This document shows, in pieces, positions 45,451 through 54,105 of a stretch of 64,000 nucleotides of DNA; the first letter of the stretch is position 1; every line of letters starts with the position of its first letter. The position numbers and the translations under genes were made by a program. Origin of the DNA: an uncultured bacterium. Lineage in GTDB: Bacteria > Pseudomonadota > Alphaproteobacteria > MED-G09. The DNA is taken from NCBI GenBank assembly GCA_964001285.1, contig CAXFAF010000006.1, positions 8,205-72,204 of the forward strand, written 5' to 3'. The notes beneath the pieces were generated by a model. It had not been told where the DNA came from. It saw nothing but the letters and a program-made list of their open reading frames with translations, and made no database searches.

Positions 45451-46797
45451 TTATTCATTTTCTTCGTTAAAAAGGTATCGATCAATATTTTCATGAAAAA
45501 ATCTTATTCTATTTTCTTGAGCCGGCATATAATCGCCTATGTAACCTCTTGAGCTCAAACCTTTTTGTTGACTGGTCCATATTGCAACATCTTCAGAAAT
45601 TCCATCTCCTACATCTACTTCAGAGTGATGCCCCTTTAGATGAGGAATTTTTGTATTTATAGCTGTTTTCTTTTTCAGCATATGTGAATAATATTCATCA
45701 ACTCCTTTTGGAAATAAAGTTAGATACCAATAGTCAAAATAACATTTTGTTGGATCAGTAGGGTGGGGTGTTCCTCTAAGCCATTGCATTCCATCTGGTT
45801 TTACACTGAATGACATATTTGGAAAAATTGTATAATGGTGATGATCTGTTAATTGGGTATCTGTAAACTTACTAAAGTCATAACCTTTTTCTTTATCAAG
45901 TTTCCTTTTTTGCTTTTGCAAATCGTTTCTTATTTCAAGAAGCCTACCTTTATAATCATTTGCATCCATATCCCAATACTCAATTGCCGGAGAAATAGCC
46001 TCTAAAACTTTTTTTTCATCATCATAAACACTTTTACTAGGAATAAATCCAGGCATAAGCATTCTTGCATGCATACTTTCATACATATCGAATTGACAAG
46101 AGTAATATTTTTCATCTGAGAAATATTTTAAGGCAGGATGAACATAAGGAGTATGATATGATTCATTGAAATTATCCTGTACACATTTCCAGTTCCAATC
46201 ACCTTCAACAGTAACCCAATGTGTTCTTATCATTTCCGATATGGGATAGTTTTCTAGTTGATCCATTACTGGATGTAAATATTCTTTTAAAGTTTTTGCG
46301 TTAGGGTCTAGATTAAAAAAAATAAATCCTTCCCAAATCTCTGATTTAATTTCAATTAAATTTCTTTTACCGCAAGGAGAGCCTTGAGGAAAATCCTCTT
46401 CATCAGGAACCCATTCAAGGTTTCCGTCCAGGCCAAATTTCCAGGCGTGATAAGCGCATGAAAAACTATCTAAGTTGCCTTCATCAACCTGAACTAATTT
46501 ATTTCCTCTATGTTGGCATACATTATAGAAGCATCTAATTTTAGAATCTTCACCTTTTGCACATAAAATTGACTCACGACCAAAATCATATGTAAAGAAG
46601 TCACCAGGATTTTCGAGTTGCTGTTCTAAACCAGCAACTTGCCAAACTTTTGTAAAAAGTTTTTCCCACTCTAAATCCATAAATTCTTTCGATGTATACC
46701 TTTCTCCGAGAATAGGTTTATTGCCTAACTTTGGTTCAGGTGCTTTGACTGTATCACCACCAAAGAAAGAATCAGATTTTGATAAAATTTTATCCAT
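45451..46797 (-). CDS. Rieske non-heme-iron oxygenase alpha subunit (paralog 4)
   Basis: Rieske CQHRGNKL...CAYHAW (variant second box) and Fe site DNFNESYHTPYVH. 448 aa. Confidence 0.86.
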   Translation of the reverse strand: MDKILSKSDSFFGGDTVKAPEPKLGNKPILGERYTSKEFMDLEWEKLFTKVWQVAGLEQQLENPGDFFTYDFGRESILCAKGEDSKIRCFYNVCQHRGNKLVQVDEGNLDSFSCAYHAWKFGLDGNLEWVPDEEDFPQGSPCGKRNLIEIKSEIWEGFIFFNLDPNAKTLKEYLHPVMDQLENYPISEMIRTHWVTVEGDWNWKCVQDNFNESYHTPYVHPALKYFSDEKYYSCQFDMYESMHARMLMPGFIPSKSVYDDEKKVLEAISPAIEYWDMDANDYKGRLLEIRNDLQKQKRKLDKEKGYDFSKFTDTQLTDHHHYTIFPNMSFSVKPDGMQWLRGTPHPTDPTKCYFDYWYLTLFPKGVDEYYSHMLKKKTAINTKIPHLKGHHSEVDVGDGISEDVAIWTSQQKGLSSRGYIGDYMPAQENRIRFFHENIDRYLFNEENE

Positions 46798-46834
46798 AAC
46801 TGCTTATCCCCGTATACACATCTATTAGACTACT

Positions 46835-46857
46835 AAATTAATTAAATTAAATTAAAT
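46835..46857. repeat. Short imperfect (AAATT)n microsatellite in a promoter spacer
   Basis: taaattaattaaattaaattaaat lies upstream of the Rieske paralog-4 operon start. Confidence 0.4.
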
Positions 46858-46867
46858 ATAATTTCAA

Positions 46868-47764
46868 TTATTTTGTGTTGGTTAGAGCAATAGGGTTTTC
46901 AGACATTGAATTTAAATATGCTATAAGATTGGCTCTATCCTTATCTTTTCTAAGTCCAACAAATGCCATAGAGTTACCCGGCGCAAATTTCTTTGGACTT
47001 TTTAACCATAAATTCATTTCGTCTATTGACCAATTACCCCCTAAAGTTTTAAGGGCCTCTGAATATTTAAATCCTGAAATTTCAGCCTTACTTTTTCCCA
47101 AAATACTCCATAGATTAGGCCCTATTCTATTGCTTCCGCCTGCATTGAAACCATGGCAAGCCGAACATTTTGAGGAAACTTTTTTTCCTGCATCAATTGA
47201 TGCAATTGCAAGTAATTCTTCAAATGATAATTTGGGCTTTTCTTTTACGGGTTGTTTTACTTCCGTTTCAATATTAGCTTCAGCTATTTCAGTAATTCCT
47301 TGAGCGCCATATGAAGATCTTATCGTCTTTAAAAGATTAAGTTTCTTTTCGATGATTATCACTTTTTTATCAATATTATCTCTATTCAATATCCTATGAG
47401 ATTTCCCAGTTAGTAAAAAATTTAAATCATTTTCTACTGCAATAATCTTATTATCTAATTCATTGACACTAACAACGCTTTTAAAATGTTTTACAAATCT
47501 TTCCTGTTTTTTTATTTTTTTCTTAAGCTCTTCTCTTCTAAGAACAGTGTGATTAAGGTTTTTTTGATTATTTGGTTGAGATTCTATTGAAAAATAACTT
47601 TCATCAATAAAATCTACATTCGCCAGTAATTCTTCTGAAGATGGAGGGTCAATTGATTCAACAAAGAACAATTTATTTCCCGTTCTTATAATTCCAGAAA
47701 CGATTAATAATGTGAAAAGTACAGCAAAGAATCCTTTTATTATTGTATTTGCATTTAAATTCAT
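46868..47764 (-). CDS. cycM: Membrane-anchored class I cytochrome c (CycM-like)
   Basis: N-terminal TM helix, about 150 aa of charged linker, then a mitochondrial-type cytochrome c domain with heme site CSACH and GPNLWSILG...YS.AL...W..DEM..WL..PKKF.PG.SMAF.GL...DR.NLIAYL (Met ligand). Confidence 0.88.
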   Translation of the reverse strand: MNLNANTIIKGFFAVLFTLLIVSGIIRTGNKLFFVESIDPPSSEELLANVDFIDESYFSIESQPNNQKNLNHTVLRREELKKKIKKQERFVKHFKSVVSVNELDNKIIAVENDLNFLLTGKSHRILNRDNIDKKVIIIEKKLNLLKTIRSSYGAQGITEIAEANIETEVKQPVKEKPKLSFEELLAIASIDAGKKVSSKCSACHGFNAGGSNRIGPNLWSILGKSKAEISGFKYSEALKTLGGNWSIDEMNLWLKSPKKFAPGNSMAFVGLRKDKDRANLIAYLNSMSENPIALTNTK

Positions 47765-47862
47765 TTCTTGTGTTCTATATCAATATTCGTTTTATTTGTA
47801 GATAAATAAATTAGACAAATTTAATAAAGTACTTAATAAGTTTAAATCAAAAGAATAGCAAT

Positions 47863-48585
47863 ATGAAAAATTTAATAATTATACCCTCACGATTAGAATC
47901 AACAAGGTTACCTGCAAAACCTTTGGCTGATATTAATGGTGACCCTATGATTGTTCATGTTTATAAAAGGGCGGTGGAAGCAAATATTGCTGATGTTATT
48001 GTTGCTACAGGCAATATAGAAATAAAAAAGGTAATTGAAAATGCTGGTGGTGAAGCAATTTTAACGAAACAAAACCACCCCTCTGGTTCTGATAGAGTAT
48101 TTGAAGCTATGAATATTTATGATCCCAATAATAGTTATCACAATATTGTTAATTTACAGGGCGATCTTCCAAATATTGATAAAAAGGCACTCTCTAAAAT
48201 TATTAATCTTTTGACAAATAATGAGGCCGACATATCAACTTTAGGGGCTAAAATAATTTCTGAGGTAGATTTTGGTAACCCTAATATTGTTAAGGCATAT
48301 GTTAAAGATATAAGTACAAGCAACCAAGTTGAAGATTTTAATAGAAAATTTGATGAAGATAAAAATAAATATTTATATCATCACATAGGAATATATGGTT
48401 ATAAAAGAGAATCTCTTAAAAGATTTGTTGAATTGAAACAAACAAAAGAAGAATTAAAAAGAAAACTAGAACAAATGCGTGCACTTGAAAATGGAATGAC
48501 TATTGTAATGGATCTAATTAGTAAATTACCAATCAGTGTTGATACTGAAGAGGATCTTAAATTAGCTAGAGAGGTTATTAAGTAA
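47863..48585 (+). CDS. kdsB: 3-deoxy-manno-octulosonate cytidylyltransferase (CMP-KDO synthetase)
   Basis: MKNLIIIPSRLESTRLPAKPLADINGDPMIVHV is the canonical KdsB N-terminus. Confidence 0.92.
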   Translation: MKNLIIIPSRLESTRLPAKPLADINGDPMIVHVYKRAVEANIADVIVATGNIEIKKVIENAGGEAILTKQNHPSGSDRVFEAMNIYDPNNSYHNIVNLQGDLPNIDKKALSKIINLLTNNEADISTLGAKIISEVDFGNPNIVKAYVKDISTSNQVEDFNRKFDEDKNKYLYHHIGIYGYKRESLKRFVELKQTKEELKRKLEQMRALENGMTIVMDLISKLPISVDTEEDLKLAREVIK

Positions 48586-48587
48586 TA

Positions 48588-49415
48588 ATGGAAATCAAAA
48601 TTGCATATCAAGGCGAACCCGGGGCAAATTCTCACATTGCATGTAAAATGTATGATGAAAATTCTCAACCAGTGGCACTCAAGACCTTTGATCAAGTTTT
48701 CTATTCATTAAAAAATGATGAGGTTGATTTAGCTATGATCCCAATAGAGAATTCTATTGCTGGTAGAGTTTCTGATATTCATAGGTTAATGCCTACTTCT
48801 GATGTCCATATAATCGGAGAGAGTTTCTTAAAAGTTCAGCATTGTCTTATGTCATTAAAAGATTCTTCGATTAAAGATATTAAGAGTGTCAAAAGTCATG
48901 AGATGGCATTAAGTCAATGTAGGAAATCAATAATCGAATTAGGTTTAGAGCCAATTGTCAGTGCTGATACAGCTGGTTCTGCAAGAGAAATATCTGAATT
49001 GAAAGATAATTCCATTGCCGCAATTGCTTCACCTTTAGCCGCAGAAATATATGATCTAAAAATTTTAAAAAAAGATATGGAAGATGAAGGACATAATACC
49101 ACGAGATTCTTAATATTAAGCAAAGATAAATCTATACCTGATGATACTATTGGTAACTATATTACCACTCTAGTTTTTAAAGTTAAAAATGTTCCATCAG
49201 CTTTATATAAGGCTTTAGGTGGTTTTGCGACTAACGGAGTTAATATGCTTAAACTTGAAAGTTATCAAATAGATGGTAGTTTTCAATCAACTCAATTTTA
49301 TACCGACTTAGAGGGGCATGCGAACTCAGATTCTATTAAAAATGCCCTAGATGAATTGAAGTACTATTCTGAAGAAATTAAAATATTAGGCGTTTATCCC
49401 TCATCGAGAAACTAA
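48588..49415 (+). CDS. pheA: Prephenate dehydratase
   Basis: PDT domain (IAYQGEPGANSHIA, TRF motif in GHNTTRFLIL) followed by a C-terminal ACT domain. Confidence 0.9.
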   Translation: MEIKIAYQGEPGANSHIACKMYDENSQPVALKTFDQVFYSLKNDEVDLAMIPIENSIAGRVSDIHRLMPTSDVHIIGESFLKVQHCLMSLKDSSIKDIKSVKSHEMALSQCRKSIIELGLEPIVSADTAGSAREISELKDNSIAAIASPLAAEIYDLKILKKDMEDEGHNTTRFLILSKDKSIPDDTIGNYITTLVFKVKNVPSALYKALGGFATNGVNMLKLESYQIDGSFQSTQFYTDLEGHANSDSIKNALDELKYYSEEIKILGVYPSSRN

Positions 49416-49560
49416 TAAAACCCGAACCATAAAATCATATATGTGTAATATGTGTGAACTGAGATTAATAATAAATATACATTATTTGTTTTAATTGTGA
49501 TTAAATATTTTTGAAATTTTGACTCAAAAAATTTAATTTTTAGTATTGGAGGGAATAATT

Positions 49561-50766
49561 ATGGATAGTGGAAATACTGCCTGGATTTTGACATCAACTG
49601 CATTGGTATTGTTTATGACATTACCGGGTCTTGCTTTATTTTATGGTGGTTTAGTGCGTTCAAAAAATGTTTTATCTGTTTTAATGCAATGTATTTCGAT
49701 AGCTTGCTTAGCATCAGTTTTATGGCTTGCGGTTGGTTACAGTTTAGCATTTGGAGATGGTAATCAGTGGATAGGTGATACTTCTAAGGTATTTCTTTCA
49801 GGTGTAGGAAGGGATGTTTTATCTGGCGATATTCCAGAAACAGTATTCTTTGCTTTTCAAATGACATTTGCAGTAATAACGCCTGCACTTATTGTTGGCG
49901 CTTATGTAGAAAGAATTAAGTTTTCCGCAGTTCTACTCTTCAGCGCCCTTTGGTTACTTATTGTTTATGCGCCAGTCACACATTGGATATGGTCTGGAAA
50001 TGGTTGGTTATTCCAAGCAGGGCTTTTAGATTTTGCAGGAGGACTTGTTGTTCACTTAACTGCAGGATCTTCTGCTTTAGTATTAGCAGCGATGTTAGGT
50101 CCTCGTTCTAATTTTCCATTACAAGTAGATCCGCCGCATAATCCTGCAATGGTTATGATTGGGGCATCTATGTTATGGGTTGGATGGTTTGGATTTAATG
50201 CAGGCAGCGCATTAGCTGCTGATGGAAATGCCGGCATGGCAATGGTGGTTACACATATTTCTGCTGCAACTGCGTCTTTAGTTTGGATGCTAATGGATTG
50301 GTCAAAATTTGGAAAACCAACATTGATAGGGCTTGTAACAGGAACAATTGCTGGACTAGCTTCTATAACACCAGCTTCAGGATCAGTAGGGCCAATTGGA
50401 GCCTTAATTATTGGAGCGTCAGCAGGCTTTATATGCTATCTCTTTGTTAATATTGTAAAAAATACTCTAAAAATTGATGATTCCCTTGATGTTTTTGCAG
50501 TTCATGGTGTAGGTGGTGTGTTAGGTATAATCTTGGTGGCGTTTTTAGTTGATTCTAATATTGGTGGCGCCGGATATGCCGAAGGTATGAATGCTGCGTC
50601 TCAATTAGCTATTCAAGTCAAAGGAGCGTTAGCTGTTCTTGCACTTTCCGTAGTAGCTACAGTTATTATAACTTATATTGTTAAATTTACTGTTGGTCTT
50701 AGAGTTGATGAAACTTCTGAAATTGAAGGACTTGATATTTCATCTCACGGAGAAACAAACGGATAG
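49561..50766 (+). CDS. amtB: Ammonium transporter (Amt family)
   Basis: Amt signature regions (DFAGGLVVHL..., twin-His region) and 11 TM segments. Start moved to the ATG at 49561 (GGAGGG 7 nt upstream) in place of the TTG at 49546. No adjacent glnK. Confidence 0.9.
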   Translation: MDSGNTAWILTSTALVLFMTLPGLALFYGGLVRSKNVLSVLMQCISIACLASVLWLAVGYSLAFGDGNQWIGDTSKVFLSGVGRDVLSGDIPETVFFAFQMTFAVITPALIVGAYVERIKFSAVLLFSALWLLIVYAPVTHWIWSGNGWLFQAGLLDFAGGLVVHLTAGSSALVLAAMLGPRSNFPLQVDPPHNPAMVMIGASMLWVGWFGFNAGSALAADGNAGMAMVVTHISAATASLVWMLMDWSKFGKPTLIGLVTGTIAGLASITPASGSVGPIGALIIGASAGFICYLFVNIVKNTLKIDDSLDVFAVHGVGGVLGIILVAFLVDSNIGGAGYAEGMNAASQLAIQVKGALAVLALSVVATVIITYIVKFTVGLRVDETSEIEGLDISSHGETNG

Positions 50767-50774
50767 AGAAGCTT

Positions 50775-51800
50775 TTATTCTAATTGATTAATCCAGTCTC
50801 TTATAATTGGAATTGCCTCATCGTGTCTAAGGCTTCTACTTAGCTCGGGCATCATAACTCCGGGGTCAGTTGATAACATCCTATATAAAAGTATTGATTC
50901 ATCAGCATTACCTGGATCAATAATATATTTGAGTCCCCCGCTACCTCTTCCAGCTGCAACAGGTGTTTTGAATATGCCAAGTGTCACTGAATCTTTTTCT
51001 AACAAATCAAGATAAAAACCTGAGTTACTTGCTGAACCACCTCTTCTATGACAATGGGCGCAGTTTGCATCTAAATAAGATCTAGCCCTATTACCAATAA
51101 TGTGATCGTTGTTATCCCATATTGCTGGGTTAGGTTTAATTTTTTTAGGTACATCAGAAAGGTATCCTTGATTTTTCCAGTAATTAATTTGGTTTTCTTC
51201 TCCAGAAGAATAGATGAAATTTATATTCATATTACGACCCTTGGGTCCAATTGGCATTATATTTTTATTGATTTCATGACAGGTTTTACATTGATTAACA
51301 TTTGGCGCTCTGTATCTTACTTTCCTTTCCTCTCCTTTTTTGTTAATCCAGCTCAAATTAAATGTTTGTCCTGTATATTTTAAATATGCATCAGTTTGAT
51401 CTTTATTCCATATATAACTTAGTGGAATCCATCCATTTTCATTTTTAATCAAAAGTCTGGTTTCTAATAAATAAAAACCATCTTCTAAACTTCTTTCATC
51501 AACAGGGTATGCAAATGTTTTGATTATTGTTGCCCCAGCGGGGAAATAAAATATATCTTGATAAGAATATTTTGCTGGTTGTTCATCAGGAAAGTGAACA
51601 AAACGAAACTTATAGGAATAATCGGAAAATAATGGGTTAGATATTTTATATGGGATTGTATTATTTGAAGGTATTTGATTCTTTATATCAGTAAAAAAAT
51701 TATATTCTGAGAGGTATTTATAAGGTTCGGCTGATAAATAAGAAAAACCGCATAAAGTAATAATAAGAAATAAGAAAAGGTTTTTTAGTTTTCTGGCCAT
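50775..51800 (-). CDS. Secreted di-heme c-type cytochrome, conserved protein of unknown function
   Basis: Signal peptide MARKLKNLFLFLIITLCGFSYLSA. Two CxxCH sites (CKTCH near aa 171, CAHCH near aa 247). Its start overlaps the upstream beta-helix gene by 16 nt. Confidence 0.75.
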   Translation of the reverse strand: MARKLKNLFLFLIITLCGFSYLSAEPYKYLSEYNFFTDIKNQIPSNNTIPYKISNPLFSDYSYKFRFVHFPDEQPAKYSYQDIFYFPAGATIIKTFAYPVDERSLEDGFYLLETRLLIKNENGWIPLSYIWNKDQTDAYLKYTGQTFNLSWINKKGEERKVRYRAPNVNQCKTCHEINKNIMPIGPKGRNMNINFIYSSGEENQINYWKNQGYLSDVPKKIKPNPAIWDNNDHIIGNRARSYLDANCAHCHRRGGSASNSGFYLDLLEKDSVTLGIFKTPVAAGRGSGGLKYIIDPGNADESILLYRMLSTDPGVMMPELSRSLRHDEAIPIIRDWINQLE

Positions 51801-53026
51801 GAAGTTATGAATTTGACTTTAGTTAAAGAAATTTCTTCACCAATATAATCATTATAGTTTTTCTTGGTTTTATGAAGCCAGGGCAATATTGCATAGGTCA
51901 TTAAATTTAGGTTAATCATATCTGTTGAACCATCTTTTGTTTTGTTTGGCCCTAATACAAGTCTTTTTTGCTTCTTTAAGCCTAGCCACTCAAAGATATT
52001 TGTTACCCCGTCCCAGATAATTTCAGGAGCTTTACCTTCAGTTAATAATGCTATTGGTTCAGCTCTCTCATTGTCGACATCGAATCCATTATTATTTAAA
52101 GAGTTATCTTTTATGAAAATTTTATTTGGAAGTGGATTGTAGTTATCATCTTCATATTCCTCTAGGTAACTGACAACTAATATGCCTGCTGTTGCGTTTC
52201 CTGAAATGATATTTTCTTCAATTTTAACATTTTCATTTGCCATAATCATTATTCCTGTTCCATTGGGTGTTTTACCAACAATGTTGCCTTCTGGAGCAAA
52301 ATTTGGAGTATCATTATTTATAACTTTATTGTTCTTTACTAAAATATCATGCCCTCCTTGCTGAGGTAGATTTGGCAAATCAAAGACGAGTATACCACCA
52401 GTATTATGATGTGCAGTATTGCCAATTACTTCAGCAAAGTAACTATTTTCGATTTCAATTCCTGCAACATTAAATTTTGCTTCGCTGTTAATTACTTTTA
52501 TTCTTTCAGATTGGCCAACATAAATACCTGCATCAGATGCGCCAATAGCAATACAACTATCTATTAGGACATCTTTACTTTCTACAGGGTATAAACCATA
52601 TGCCCCATTGGTTGATTTGGGGCCTCCTGTCCATTCTGCTCTTACTCTTAAAAACCTTATGCCTTCGGCCTTTTTAACTACAATGGCATCCCCAATTGTA
52701 TCCTCAACAGCAAAATCTCTAAGTGTAACACCACTGCTAGTAACCAATAATCCCTCAGCGCCTGATTTTTGATTTTTAAAAGATAAAATGGTTTTATTAA
52801 TTCCATCGCCCGACAAAGTTACATTATCAACATCAAGTGAAAGTCCATCTTCAAGATCATAAACTCCTTCATTAAGATGTATTTCATCAAATGGTTTAGC
52901 CAAGATTAAAGCTTCTTGTATCTGATCATAAGCAGAAGGTCCTGGGCTAATAAATATTTTTGCTTTTACTGTTTCACCGTAAAAAAACACTAGAAATGTA
53001 AAGGCTATAATTTTTCTTAATTTCAT
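51785..53026 (-). CDS. Secreted right-handed parallel beta-helix repeat protein (NosD/CASH-like fold), unknown function
   Basis: Signal peptide MKLRKIIAFTFLVFFYGETVKA and repeated G/N-rich turns (NNGFDVDN, GNTAHHNTGGILV, NNKVINN) typical of PbH1 repeats. 4-nt overlap with nudC upstream. Confidence 0.7.
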   Translation of the reverse strand: MKLRKIIAFTFLVFFYGETVKAKIFISPGPSAYDQIQEALILAKPFDEIHLNEGVYDLEDGLSLDVDNVTLSGDGINKTILSFKNQKSGAEGLLVTSSGVTLRDFAVEDTIGDAIVVKKAEGIRFLRVRAEWTGGPKSTNGAYGLYPVESKDVLIDSCIAIGASDAGIYVGQSERIKVINSEAKFNVAGIEIENSYFAEVIGNTAHHNTGGILVFDLPNLPQQGGHDILVKNNKVINNDTPNFAPEGNIVGKTPNGTGIMIMANENVKIEENIISGNATAGILVVSYLEEYEDDNYNPLPNKIFIKDNSLNNNGFDVDNERAEPIALLTEGKAPEIIWDGVTNIFEWLGLKKQKRLVLGPNKTKDGSTDMINLNLMTYAILPWLHKTKKNYNDYIGEEISLTKVKFITSWPEN

Positions 53027-53979
53027 TTTTTGTTCTCTACAAAAGCTTTAATTAAATGATGAGCAATAGCCATTGGTGGCGGAACAAAGAAACCGTTTTT
53101 ATTATTACCGTTAATTGTCTCTTTAAGTTCATCTTTTGTAAACCAACGACCTTCATCAATCTCAACTTCATCTAATTTAAAATTTTCCGATGTTGATTCA
53201 GCAATATAGCCTATCATAAGTGAATTTGGAAATGCCCAAGGCTGACTTGAGTGATATTCCGCTTTTACTATTTCTATTCCGGCCTCTTCCTTTAATTCTC
53301 TTGCAACTGCTTCTTCAATAGATTCGCCAGGTTCTATAAATCCTGCTAAAGCCGAATACATGCCAGGTGGAAATCTTTTTTGCCTACCTAGGAAAGCAGT
53401 ATCCTTATATGTTGCTAGCATAATAACGACAGGATCTGTTCTTGGGAAATGTTCTGAATTACATTTATGGCAAATTCTTTTATAACCGGCTTCAACCATA
53501 ACACTTTCTTCTCCACATCTTGAACAAAATTGATGACTGTTATTCCATTCAAAAATGGCTTTCGCCTGGCCAATCATAGCTAGTTCGCCAGGATCAATAG
53601 ATTGAGGTGCGAGTACCATCAAATCTTCAAAATTTCCAAGTTCATTTAATCCCAAAACATCTTCTGGATTAGATAGTCTAGATAAATCTACAGCGAAGAA
53701 CGACATATCTCCTATCAGGCCTAAAAAAATTAAATTGTCTTGATCAGTTAATTGATTTTTAAAGAAATCTAAAGGAAACCAAGCAGGACTTAATTGATCG
53801 GCATCCGCATGTCCTGAAATGAGATTTCTTACTGTTGATACAAAAGCTTTCCCCCGCCAAAAAAGAGCTATCATCGTTTTGTCACTTTTTAACGTTTTTT
53901 TAACCCATTCTGGATCTGATCGTAAATCAGAAACTCTATCAACTGGATTGTTGGAGAATATATTAGGATAAACTTTCAT
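53023..53979 (-). CDS. nudC: NADH pyrophosphatase NudC (NUDIX with zinc ribbon)
   Basis: Zinc ribbon CSRCGEES...CHKCN and Nudix box GFIEPGESIEEAVARELKEEAGI. 318 aa. Confidence 0.85.
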   Translation of the reverse strand: MKVYPNIFSNNPVDRVSDLRSDPEWVKKTLKSDKTMIALFWRGKAFVSTVRNLISGHADADQLSPAWFPLDFFKNQLTDQDNLIFLGLIGDMSFFAVDLSRLSNPEDVLGLNELGNFEDLMVLAPQSIDPGELAMIGQAKAIFEWNNSHQFCSRCGEESVMVEAGYKRICHKCNSEHFPRTDPVVIMLATYKDTAFLGRQKRFPPGMYSALAGFIEPGESIEEAVARELKEEAGIEIVKAEYHSSQPWAFPNSLMIGYIAESTSENFKLDEVEIDEGRWFTKDELKETINGNNKNGFFVPPPMAIAHHLIKAFVENKK

Positions 53980-54105
53980 AACTTAATAAATTATATAATA
54001 TGGTACTAATAAATATTAGTCTAATAAACAGTTTCAGTGAATTTACTTTAGCTGTTGATTAAAGACTCATTATATATTTAATATTTGATTTCTTAAGAGG
54101 AAATT

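Noticed and set aside
49511-49546. Sigma70-like TTGACT-N16-TAGTAT upstream of amtB
   Set aside because: That -10 element would place the transcription start downstream of the GGAGGG ribosome-binding site, which does not work geometrically. An alternative TTGAAA/TTTAAT pairing is too degenerate to call.
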